32,000 bases of DNA from the NCBI GenBank assembly GCA_002716355.1, contig PBAU01000003.1, forward strand, positions 1-32,000, in the 5' to 3' direction. Shown here in pieces: positions 1-9,400 of the stretch. The position numbers and the translations under genes were made by a program. Origin of the DNA: a bacterium (GTDB lineage Bacteria; UBP7; UBA6624). Below the pieces are notes generated by a model. The model ran no database searches. It was not told the DNA's origin and saw nothing but the letters and a program-made list of their open reading frames with translations. Every line of letters starts with the position of its first letter. The first letter of the stretch is position 1.

Positions 1-108
1 TTGCTGTGGCTATTGTGTCCTTCATGGTTGCTGTGGCTATTGTGTCCTTCATGGTTGCTGTGGCTATTGTGTCCTTCATGGTTGCTGTGGCTATTGTGTC
101 CTTCATGA
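1..108 (-). repeat. Perfect 27-bp head-to-tail tandem repeat (4 copies visible, truncated by window edge), in frame, encoding HEGHNSHSN
   Basis: The unit TTGCTGTGGCTATTGTGTCCTTCATGG sits at 1-27, 28-54, 55-81 and 82-108. The last copy differs only in its final base. The reverse complement reads CAT GAA GGA CAC AAT AGC CAC AGC AAC, in the same frame as the 3122 ORF. Confidence 0.95.
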
Positions 109-3100
109 CCGCTATGATCATGTCCATCTTTCATGGGATCTACAGGTACATTTAATGGAAGGTCCATCACAGTGCTGAATGAAAGCTCAAAAGCTCCTTT
201 TATTTTTGAATTGTTTTTTGGGTAAGTGAAGAAAACCTTAGGAAGATTTTTTCCTTCCTCAATAACTTCAATTTTTATTGTTTTGTAAAGGTTATCATCG
301 ATTATTTCATGTAATCCATCTGCTAATTGCAGTGTCAAAGTGTGTTCACCTGGTTCAAGTTCAATATATCCATATTTTTCACCCATCATGTAATGTATAT
401 GTGTTTCATCAGCAGGTATGACATCTCCTTTTTTGGAAGGTTCACCATTGATGATTAAATGAAAATGACCTTTTTTGCTTGTTTGCAAGCCTGCCATTTC
501 TATCTCAAATCCTGAAACTCCAAAGCCAACAAACAGAGGGGAGGAGACTTTGTCTCCATCCTTGATATTTGAAAACCATACTTCATTTTCAATTTTTTGC
601 TCTTTGACATCTCTTTCAAATGTTAATGGGATTTCTTTTGAGGATGTGTCAATAAGCAAGTTGTGTATGTTTTGATTCTCAATAGCAACTTTATTGATTT
701 TTTTCAAGGTGTCACCAGGTTTTATGTCAAGAGTATATTTGTCTGCAGGGCTATTTTCAATTATTGACTTAACTACTAATCCTTCCTTTTCGTTTTCCCA
801 ATCAAAAAGGATTCCCATTGAGCCACTGTATTCCTTGCTTTCATTGATAGAGGGAATTCTTCCATAGTATCCAAGATGACTGCCGTTGAGTTCACCAAGC
901 ATTGAATCGATTATGAAGTCAAAATCTCTCGGATGTGATGCACTAACCGCCCATGGAAGGTATCTGTCATGGATATCGTTCCAGTCAGCTCCATGAAGGC
1001 CAGGGTCATAGAACCCTCTATACATTGTTGCCCATGCTTCTTCAAAAACAACCTGTCTTTGCTTTACTCTATCTAGCTTATATCTGACACTGAATTTCTT
1101 ATTCTGGGTAGATTTTTTTGTGGGAGATGTCGAATAGATGGTTCCTCCTGATTTTGAATAATATATTGATTTTTGATCTTTGCTCCATCTTATTCCATAA
1201 GGGTAGTGACCTTCTGTTATCTTTACAGGCGAACCAAAAATTCCGTATTCTGTCATTGATGATGAGTAAAGGTCGCTTCCATCATGGCTGCCTTTAAAGA
1301 TCAGCCTTGAACCATCTTTGCTTAAAAGAACTTCCGTTTCGCTTCCGTCAAAACTTGTTGCTCTATTTAGCCTGAACTCAATACCTTCTAAATCAATATC
1401 AACCCAAGATTCTTTTTCCTTTTTTGATTCTTCCTCCTCCCATAAATCCTTTCTTTCTTTATGCGTTAACTCTTGGTCATTCTCTCTTAAAAATACATAC
1501 CATATGTCAGAATAAGTGCTACTTCCTCTAGGGGTAGAGCTTGTTCTGGTGCTGGAGAATGCTAGTATTCGACCATTCTCGCTCCATGTAGGATACATAT
1601 CCATATCAGGATGGGAAGATATATTTTTTGGAGAAATTGATCCATCTGTTTTTGCAATCCAGACATCGGCATTATGCTCTATGTCCTCTACACTCCATGC
1701 TATCCATTGGGAGTCAGGACTCCATGATATCGATGGCCAATCCCATCCATTTCTTAATGTTATTTCATTAGAGATAATTTCATTTTCTTCTTTTGGATTG
1801 ATTTCAAAATCTGCAACAATAAGCTCTCCATAATCTCTTACAAACGCAATCTTTGTTCCATTTGGGGAAATTTGTGGACGATGATTTGGTTCGTCACCTT
1901 TTGTTATAGGGTAAGTTGTCCAGTCTTCGATTTCTCTTGTGGGTAATTCTGTTTCTTTTGTTGGTTCAGCTATCCATATTTGTTCTGTATTGCATATTTC
2001 TGTAATTGTTTTTTCAAAGCATGAGTTTGATGTAAAAAGTATCTTGTTACCATTATCTATCCATTCAACATAAATTTCTTGTTCAGGAGTGTTTGTAACC
2101 CTGTGAGATTCTTCCTTTTCAAGGTCTTGAATCCAAATGTCTCCGTCTACTATTATCACCATTGATTTTTCATCTGATGGAGATATTGAAAAAGACGATG
2201 CTCCAGAGCTGACAGTTTTCCATTCAAAATCATTTATTAAGGAGTCAGCAGGAACAATAATATTTAGTTCTGATATTTTTTCTGGACCAGTTTCAAAAAG
2301 TATGATTTTTCCACCTAATTCCATTGCTATCATGCTGCCATCTGCTGAAATAGCTGCATTTCTGGGGCCATCTTTATCGAAGGAGGTATGTTTTTTGGTT
2401 TTCATTTTCATGCTCATTGAATAGAGGTTATAAGTTCCATCTTTTTCTGATATATACCAAAGTGATTTGCCATCAGGTGACCACATTGGAGAGTGATCGG
2501 CTCCATCAAATTTTGTCATTAGTTTTGCAGACATTCCATCATGTTTGACCCATATATCTGCATCACCTGATCCTCTATATCCTTTTCTATTTGTACTTTC
2601 TGATCGCCTCATGAAAGCCAAGCTTTTACCATCTGGAGAATAGCTTCCTTGAAAGCCGAGATATTCAGTAAATCTTCTTGGGGTGTCTTTTTTTTCTATA
2701 TTTAACATATACATTTCTGGATTTCTGTAACTGGTTTCATACCTCATACTAGAAAATATGATGTTTTTACCGTCTGGTGTAAAACTTGACATCAGGTCTG
2801 AACCGGACCAATAGGTTAATCGATCTGGTTTTCCCCCGTTTGAAGACATTATGTAAATGTCATCATTGCCCCACCTGTCAGAAGCAAATGCGATCTTGCT
2901 TCCGTCAGGTGACCACATTGGTGAATGATCATATGCTGGGTGTATAGTTAGCCTTCTTGCCTCTCCTCCATTTGATGAGACTGTCCATATGTCACCCTGC
3001 CAACTAAATGCAATTTGACTACCGTCAGGGGATGGGGAAGGATGCCTTGGAAGGATTGCTTCTTGAGCTTTCAAGTTATATGTAAATAATGTCAATAAAA

Positions 3101-3122
3101 CCAGTGTTAATTTTTTATTCAT
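1..3122 (-). CDS. Secreted tricorn-protease-like beta-propeller/C1/PDZ protein fused to DUF4399-like module(s) and a His-rich repeat; C-terminus lies beyond the left window edge
   Basis: Absent from the ORF track because it has no stop inside the window. I translated the minus strand from the ATG (complement of 3120-3122; alternative in-frame ATG at 3164) and spot-checked the frame in several segments down to position 1 without meeting a stop. The N-terminus MNKKLTLVLLTLFTYNLKAQE looks like a signal peptide. PD40/TolB-type blades include SPDGSQIAF, WSPDGSKIAF, FTPDGKNIIF, YSPDGKSLAF, WSPDGKSLWY, ISPNGTKIAF and WSPDSQWIAW. A tricorn C1-like segment reads VVFEEAWATMYRGFYDPGLHGADWNDIHDRYLP...MLGELNGSHLGYYG. 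The PDZ reads GILFDWENEKEGLVVKSIIENSPADK...PGDTLKKINKVAI. A DUF4399-like module follows: VWFSNIKDGDKVSSPLFVGFGVSGFEIEMAG..KGHFHLIINGEP..ETHIHYMMGEKYGYIELEPGEHTLTLQLADGLH. Confidence 0.8.
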   Translation of the reverse strand, partial: MNKKLTLVLLTLFTYNLKAQEAILPRHPSPSPDGSQIAFSWQGDIWTVSSNGGEARRLTIHPAYDHSPMWSPDGSKIAFASDRWGNDDIYIMSSNGGKPDRLTYWSGSDLMSSFTPDGKNIIFSSMRYETSYRNPEMYMLNIEKKDTPRRFTEYLGFQGSYSPDGKSLAFMRRSESTNRKGYRGSGDADIWVKHDGMSAKLMTKFDGADHSPMWSPDGKSLWYISEKDGTYNLYSMSMKMKTKKHTSFDKDGPRNAAISADGSMIAMELGGKIILFETGPEKISELNIIVPADSLINDFEWKTVSSGASSFSISPSDEKSMVIIVDGDIWIQDLEKEESHRVTNTPEQEIYVEWIDNGNKILFTSNSCFEKTITEICNTEQIWIAEPTKETELPTREIEDWTTYPITKGDEPNHRPQISPNGTKIAFVRDYGELIVADFEINPKEENEIISNEITLRNGWDWPSISWSPDSQWIAWSVEDIEHNADVWIAKTDGSISPKNISSHPDMDMYPTWSENGRILAFSSTRTSSTPRGSSTYSDIWYVFLRENDQELTHKERKDLWEEEESKKEKESWVDIDLEGIEFRLNRATSFDGSETEVLLSKDGSRLIFKGSHDGSDLYSSSMTEYGIFGSPVKITEGHYPYGIRWSKDQKSIYYSKSGGTIYSTSPTKKSTQNKKFSVRYKLDRVKQRQVVFEEAWATMYRGFYDPGLHGADWNDIHDRYLPWAVSASHPRDFDFIIDSMLGELNGSHLGYYGRIPSINESKEYSGSMGILFDWENEKEGLVVKSIIENSPADKYTLDIKPGDTLKKINKVAIENQNIHNLLIDTSSKEIPLTFERDVKEQKIENEVWFSNIKDGDKVSSPLFVGFGVSGFEIEMAGLQTSKKGHFHLIINGEPSKKGDVIPADETHIHYMMGEKYGYIELEPGEHTLTLQLADGLHEIIDDNLYKTIKIEVIEEGKNLPKVFFTYPKNNSKIKGAFELSFSTVMDLPLNVPVDPMKDGHDHSGHEGHNSHSNHEGHNSHSNHEGHNSHSNHEGHNSHS

Positions 3123-3180
3123 GTTATTGTTTCTCCGTAAATTTTTTCGAACGGGAATTATCATACAATCTGATTTACAA

Positions 3181-3909
3181 ATGAGAATAAATAAATATCT
3201 TTCATTATGTGGATTAGGCTCAAGAAGGAAAGTTGAAGAATTCATTAAAGAAGGTCGTGTTTCTTTTAGGCGTAATCCAGATGGTTTAAATCCGATTGAT
3301 AGTTTTTCTTTCGCTGTGAAAGATCATGATGAGATTTTTTTTGATGGAGAGAAAGTAAAGCCAAAAGTTTATAAATATATATTGCTTAACAAGCCCAGGG
3401 GTTATATAACCACAAAAGATGATCCAATGAAAAGGAAGAGCATTATGGATTTAATTCCAAAGAGCATGCATCATCTTTCCCCTGTAGGGAGGCTTGATAA
3501 AGACACGTCAGGTTTAATCATTTTGACAAATGATGGAAACCTATATCAAAAAATTTCTCACCCGAGATATAAATTTATAAAACATTATCTTGTTGAGGCT
3601 AAAGGGAAGGTGTCTTCTCAAAAAATTGCATTATTCTCAAGAGGCTTGACTTACGGAAAAGAAAAATTGAAAGCGCATTCTGCAGCGGTTGTTGCCTCGC
3701 ACCAAGGAAGGACTGTTGTTTCCATCAAGCTAACTGAAGGCAAGAATCGTGAGATAAGAAAAATGTTTAGTTTTATAAAAAAACCAATAATATCTTTAGA
3801 GAGGATTGCAATAGGTCCAATTTCAGATAAAAAACTTCAAAAAGGAAAATGGAGAAGCCTGAAGTCCTTGGAGATTTCTAGATTGAAAAAAGAACTAGGA
3901 ATTTTATGA
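3181..3909 (+). CDS. rRNA pseudouridine synthase, RsuA/RluB/RluF family (S4 domain + catalytic domain)
   Basis: MRINKYLSLCGLGSRRKVEEFIKEGRV is an S4-like N-terminus. GRLDKDTSGLIILTNDG is the catalytic Asp motif of this family. The ORF-track start at 3121 adds 20 atypical residues, so the ATG at 3181 is preferred. Confidence 0.9.
   Translation: MRINKYLSLCGLGSRRKVEEFIKEGRVSFRRNPDGLNPIDSFSFAVKDHDEIFFDGEKVKPKVYKYILLNKPRGYITTKDDPMKRKSIMDLIPKSMHHLSPVGRLDKDTSGLIILTNDGNLYQKISHPRYKFIKHYLVEAKGKVSSQKIALFSRGLTYGKEKLKAHSAAVVASHQGRTVVSIKLTEGKNREIRKMFSFIKKPIISLERIAIGPISDKKLQKGKWRSLKSLEISRLKKELGIL
3317..3339 (+). repeat. 23-nt exact repeat, copy 1 (TGAAAGATCATGATGAGATTTTT), inside the pseudouridine synthase gene
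   Basis: Base-by-base comparison with 14453-14475 shows 23/23 identity on the same strand. Both copies encode KDHDEIF in frame. Confidence 0.9.
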
Positions 3910-6485
3910 GTGCGCTTCATATAGGTTCGGCTTTTTCTGTTTGGGAATCTTTTTGGTCTTCTGTAGAGTCAGCAAAAAAAGACAATCCTTTAGGCGTTAT
4001 TAAGGTTTTAGTCCCTACGAACCATGAAAAAAAACTGATAAATCGTGAATTAAATTCAAGAAGCATCTCTGGTGTATTTCCGGTTATTTTTAATGATATA
4101 GTCGAAGAAAGACTGCATGCTAATAATTTTTTTAAACTAGAACCCCCTGCCTTTATTGATAGGTTTTATTTATCTCAAGCATTAAAGCAATTGAACAATG
4201 CTAACCTTAACGATTTCTTGCATGACGAGTCAAAATTTTCATTGGAAGAATTAAGAAAAGCTGTCAATAGGATTTGCGAATACCTTCCTGCTGAAACCAA
4301 CCCCCTCAAAGGAGAGTCTTCATTGATTGATTTAACACTTTTATGGAAAGATGTATGGGAAAACAGTTCTTCCAAATATCTTCCTTATCCGATAAAGATT
4401 AACATTGCGGCTAATAGTAATTTTTTTTCCAAGAGCAATGACTCCTTGTTTGCTGTTTGGGGTATTTCGAATTTGAACACTGCACAGGAGGATTTTTTAA
4501 GACCATTGAAGGACGACCTTGACTGGTATGTACCAGGGCCAAATCCAGATCTTTCTTTGCATGCTTCTGGTTATCTAGCTAGATTAAACTCTTACCTACG
4601 TAAGGAAATTGTTGATCTTGGTGCCTCGAAAACAAAGATAAAAAGTATTAGATGTGGTGATTTTTTAAATTGTTTTTATACAGCTAGGCATGATGGTTAT
4701 GAAGATTTCAGTTGTCCTGAAATGGTACATGATGATCTTGTTCTTTTGAATTCTTTATTAGGTTTTAGTGATGATGATTTTCTTTTCAGCAGGAGTATTT
4801 CTTCATCTCCAATGGGAAGGGCTTTAAGGTTTCATAATGATTTTGTTCAGGGTGAGTATGTGCATCTAAATGATTTGATCTTTAATTTGAATTCATTAAA
4901 TTGCTTTGAGGATAATCAGGATATTTATAATTTTGATTTTAATCTTTCTAGATATGGTGTTTCTGACATTCGTAAGGATTTTAGAAGACTGAAGAAAGCA
5001 ATGGCCTCCAAGATTGAACCACCTGTTGGAATTAATGTTAAAAAATTAAAAAAATGGATTGAAGAACATCAAGAAAAGATATTTATCGCATCAAGTGATT
5101 CATCTTTTTCAAGGATAAGGCAAACAGAATCAAAAACCTTAATATCAGAAATTAAAGATGAGAAAAATTTTCATGTGAGCGATTTGCGTTTTGAAAAGGA
5201 TCCTGATGATTATGGAAGAATTAAGACTGAAAATGTTAGCAATATGAAAAATGGTGTAATAAGCCCTAAAAAGACTGCATTTTTAGGGGTTGTTGATAAC
5301 AGGTTTCCCGGCAAGCTTGAACCTCCTGAATGGCAAGATAGTAAAGAAAATAAATTTGCACTTGAGAGTATAGGCATGCCTGATTTGCAAATGAGGATTG
5401 AAGAGGAATCCTGGAGGGCTTGGTGTGTAGAGAATAGAGGTGATTCAGGTTGTGCTATTTATTGGGATAATATAGACAATCGTGGAGAGGAGCAGTTTTT
5501 CAGCTCTCTTTTTGACAAGAAGCACTTCAATCATTTTGAGTCTTCAAGTGTTGAAGATGTGTTTTTGCCAATAAACAAATTTAGATATAGGCATCAAGTG
5601 GAGCTTTCTTATGCTGAATCAGTCGGAGATGTGTCTTTTAAAAAGATATGGAATGTCGGACCTCAAAATTTGAAAGTGTCCTTAAGGGCCAGTGATTTTA
5701 ATTTTAATGGTCCTCCTTGTCTTTTTGCTTATTATGCTTCAAAGCAGAATACACTCCGTGAAAAAAGAAGTGCAGACACAATATATCCTGACAGTTTAAC
5801 CAAAGGTTCTTTTATTCACCATTGTTTAGAGTCTCTTGCAAAAATTTTTAAAAAGAATGATCAAGATTATGAACTTTTAGCTCGAAGGGTGATGAATGAA
5901 GTTTCTTTGTGGTACCCATTCACAGAAGAACTTGTAAAAAAGGGTTTATTTAAAAAATGGAGAATGTTTATTGTTGAAGAGTTGGGACGCTGGCAGGATG
6001 ACAATTTTTCAAAATCTCAACAAGAGTATTCCAGCAAGGATAAATTCTTTATGTCAAAAATTCCTTTAGTTAAGAGATCTTATCAAGATCTGGAAGATGT
6101 TGAAATAAGAGCAAAGATAGACAGGATTGAACATTATCAAACCCAGACAGGTAAGACTAAGGTGAAAATTATTGATTACAAAACAGGGAAAAAAGGTTCA
6201 ATCAATTGGGCACAAGCATTTTTTTATCCTTATTTTTTAGAAGGTGATTTTGGTTTTCAGGATTTTGTCTATAGGTATATCTTGGAAAAAGAAGAAAAGG
6301 ATGTCAGTTGGATGCATTTTAGAAAAAAAGAAGAAAAAGAGGTTTCTATTTTGGAAAGCTTGAGTGTCTGGAAAGGTGAGTTATTGAAAGGGGAGATGAC
6401 TCCTTGTTGGATCAAGGACCCATCAAAGCCATGTCATTGGTGTCAAAAATTTGGCAGGAGTAAGTTTTGGAGGCTTGATCAATGA
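3906..6485 (+). CDS. addB: AddB-like subunit: RecB-family PD-(D/E)XK nuclease with four-Cys (Fe-S type) bracket, no obvious Walker A
   Basis: The C-terminal region has GSFIHHCLE, KIDRIEHY and KIIDYKTGKK. It is flanked by PPCLFAYY upstream and TPCWIKDPSKPCHWCQKF downstream, as in AddB/Cas4 nucleases. ATGA overlaps join it to the upstream and downstream genes. Confidence 0.65.
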   Translation: MSALHIGSAFSVWESFWSSVESAKKDNPLGVIKVLVPTNHEKKLINRELNSRSISGVFPVIFNDIVEERLHANNFFKLEPPAFIDRFYLSQALKQLNNANLNDFLHDESKFSLEELRKAVNRICEYLPAETNPLKGESSLIDLTLLWKDVWENSSSKYLPYPIKINIAANSNFFSKSNDSLFAVWGISNLNTAQEDFLRPLKDDLDWYVPGPNPDLSLHASGYLARLNSYLRKEIVDLGASKTKIKSIRCGDFLNCFYTARHDGYEDFSCPEMVHDDLVLLNSLLGFSDDDFLFSRSISSSPMGRALRFHNDFVQGEYVHLNDLIFNLNSLNCFEDNQDIYNFDFNLSRYGVSDIRKDFRRLKKAMASKIEPPVGINVKKLKKWIEEHQEKIFIASSDSSFSRIRQTESKTLISEIKDEKNFHVSDLRFEKDPDDYGRIKTENVSNMKNGVISPKKTAFLGVVDNRFPGKLEPPEWQDSKENKFALESIGMPDLQMRIEEESWRAWCVENRGDSGCAIYWDNIDNRGEEQFFSSLFDKKHFNHFESSSVEDVFLPINKFRYRHQVELSYAESVGDVSFKKIWNVGPQNLKVSLRASDFNFNGPPCLFAYYASKQNTLREKRSADTIYPDSLTKGSFIHHCLESLAKIFKKNDQDYELLARRVMNEVSLWYPFTEELVKKGLFKKWRMFIVEELGRWQDDNFSKSQQEYSSKDKFFMSKIPLVKRSYQDLEDVEIRAKIDRIEHYQTQTGKTKVKIIDYKTGKKGSINWAQAFFYPYFLEGDFGFQDFVYRYILEKEEKDVSWMHFRKKEEKEVSILESLSVWKGELLKGEMTPCWIKDPSKPCHWCQKFGRSKFWRLDQ

Positions 6486-9400
6486 CAGCTGTACCTCAGT
6501 TTATTAATGCAAGCGCAGGTACAGGGAAAACAACAAGATTAGTGATTTACTACTTGTATAAGCTTTTGCAAAGCTCTGATCCAAAAAAAATTATTGCTTG
6601 TACATTCACGATTGCTGCAACTAATGAATTTAAAAACAGGGTTATTGAATATTTACGATTTCCAGATGAAGATTTAGAAAGTTTGTTTAAATCTTTTGAG
6701 CTCAAACCAATCTCGATTCCAGAAAATAAACATTCTTTTATCCCCTTGTTGGAAATAAAAACATTGGATAGTTTTTTCTTGAGCTTATTTTCAAAAAACT
6801 CAAATAGTATTTTTTATCGAGTTATGACCGATTTTGATTTTGAGAGGGTTTATGAGAATTCTTACAAGGATTGGATCGCCTCTGCAGATGGTTTTGAGCA
6901 GTCTTTATGGCATGGCAAGCTTAGACAGGTTGTTAGAAAACTGGAACCTTATAGTTTAGATGAGATAAAAAACCTTTTTGATTCTTCTAAATTTTTAAAT
7001 TTAGACATTTTTTTAGAATCAAGGAAACAAGAAATCAAGAAGCTTTTTCTTGAAATAAAAGATTCATTACCTAGAGAGTTTAAGCCTACTCCAAAAAGTA
7101 AAGATTACATAAAATTAATTAATGACGCATATTTGAATCTTGATTTTTCAGAAATTAATTCAAAGAAAATTATTGATGAATTAAAGAAAATTGAAAGATA
7201 TTTTGGCTCAAGGAGTGAACTTAATCTTGAGTTGATGAAAAAGATATCAAAATTTAAAACAATATTAAGAAATTATGAAAAAAATGATTTTAAATATGAA
7301 GAACAGTCTGTTTTAACTTCAAATTTGCTTCGTTTGATTTCAATTTTTAAATCAAAAACAAGCAAAGAAAGGCTTATGTCTAGTGGGTTTATATCAAGGT
7401 CAATTTTAAAAAGTTTGAAAAAAAATGATTTTGATTTTGAATGTGAACATCTTTTTGTTGATGAATTCCAGGACACAAATCGAATTCAAAGCCAAATACT
7501 TAGCAGGCTTAAGGATAAGTTTGGATTTGATATTACCTTTGTTGGGGACCACAAGCAGGCAATATATAAATTCAGAGATGCAAGCTCACAGGCTTTTTTT
7601 GAGTTTGATAGCAAGGTTGATCAAGAACATAAGCAGTATTTGAATTCATCATACAGGTCCAACAAGTCGGTTTTAGCCTTAACGAATTGGCTTTTTGAAA
7701 GATATTATGAAAACTCTGATGATTGGCATCTTTTTTCAGATGAAAAATCACCAATGTTTTCAAGTAAACAAAGTTGCCCTTTAACAATCTGGTCTTGTGA
7801 AAATGCTGAGATTACCAGAGGGGGCGGGGGGGTATGGAAAAAAAGTGGTAGATCTGGGCGCAAGTCAAAAAATATAGAAAAAAGAACCATTGATTGTGTC
7901 TCCTGGATTCAAGAGAAACATCCAGATGAAAGCATTTTGGTTTTAGCTAGAAATTGGATTCAGTTAGGCAGAATTGCAAAAAGTCTTAATGCGTCTGGTG
8001 TTAATGCGATAATTGCTGGTAACCCAAATTTGATTGATGATGATGATATCGATCAGGATATCGTGTATCTAAAAAAAATAATTAAGTGCTTGGTCAATCC
8101 TGATGACCAGATGCTTTTGAACTCGGTGCTTCTAGGCAATTGTTTTGCTCACACTTTGAAAGATTTGAGTTCAAGCAGCAGCTTAAAAGATTCTATTGAT
8201 TTAGTTCGGGATTATTCTTCCAGGATTTATTCTGGTGATTCATTCACTGCAGTACTTACAGATTTTTTAAATGAAACTGGTTACTTGTATGGAATCAAGG
8301 GTGATTCACGATCTCATGAAAGAACTTTAAAAATTTTTGAATTTTTAAAAATTATGTTATCTCATGAAAAAGAGGGTAATTTTGATAAATTTAGTGATGT
8401 TTTAAAGTGGATAGATGTTTATTTTAGGATTCACTCCCCACCATCAGGGCTTTCTTCACCACAACCTGTTATCCTGAGGACAGTTTATGGTGCAAAAGGG
8501 CTTTCTGCTGATCATGTTGTTGTTGTCAATCCAGATGAAAGATGGCTGAAAAGCTGTTTTGAGGATCTTGAATTTGAAAAGATTCTTCCATCTGACTCTT
8601 ATTCGGAAGGAAATAATTCTTTTGAGTTGATGCTGACTGATGACGGTGAGATTGATTCAATGTGGTTCTCTTTAGGCAAGGGAGATAATGGAAAATATAA
8701 AATTTGGACTAATGAATCTTTTATTGAATCATGGGAAAGAAATGCAGGTGAATTTTATGACGAGGAAGTTAATTTGAATTATGTCTCCATGACTAGGGCC
8801 AAAAAGACATTGCATGCAGTTTCTAATGGTTTGTACCACCCTCAAAAGACTAGAAGAGGAGATCTTTTTTCTGTTATTTACCGTTTGATTTTAGAAGATT
8901 TTGACAACTCATTTGAAGCTTTCTCTAATTCTTCTTTAGATGAGGTTAGTGTTTCGATTCCTGAAAAATACACCCAAGGGCAAGGCTACAAGGAGGATTC
9001 TTGTGTTAAGTATTTGTTCCCTCACTCAAGAAAGCTCCAAGAAAAACATAGGATTTTAGACAGAAGTTTATTGAGTCCTGACTCAGAAAATTATATTTTG
9101 AATAAGAGATCACAAAAGGAAGTGCCATTAATTGTTTCGCATACTGATGAATCAGCAAGAGGAGATGCCCTTCATAAAGTACTTGATGTTTTTGGTCCTC
9201 CTATGGAGGATTCATGGTTAAATAATGTTCAAAGCAGCAATGTAAGGCAAATTTTTAATCTAGAAAAAGATAATTTTGACAATCTTGTGCGTAACTTTTC
9301 AGAAAACCTACAAAATAATAAAAAATGGCTTGATTTTGCAAGTGGTTTTTTAAATATGTGGACAGAGTATCCTTTATGTGGATCAGGCAATAAACAGTTT

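Noticed and set aside
1-108. Could the 27-bp repeats be a CRISPR array?
   Set aside because: The units are directly adjacent with no spacers. They are in frame within a long ORF and encode a coherent His-rich peptide repeat.
475-2424. Plus-strand ORFs 475-675, 1318-1515, 1516-1833 and 2137-2424 from the track
   Set aside because: They lie antisense to the long, motif-rich minus-strand tricorn-like ORF. They have Ser/Leu/Ile/Phe-rich low-complexity translations typical of shadow frames in AT-rich DNA.
3121-3180. Longer N-terminus for the pseudouridine synthase (track start 3121)
   Set aside because: The extra 20 residues (MLLFLRKFFRTGIIIQSDLQ) precede the canonical S4-domain start MRINKYL. 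They would abut the start of the divergent gene at 3122.
7820-7832. G-quadruplex at the G5-C-G7 tract
   Set aside because: Only two G-runs are present. An intramolecular quadruplex needs four. It is kept only as a possible slippage site.
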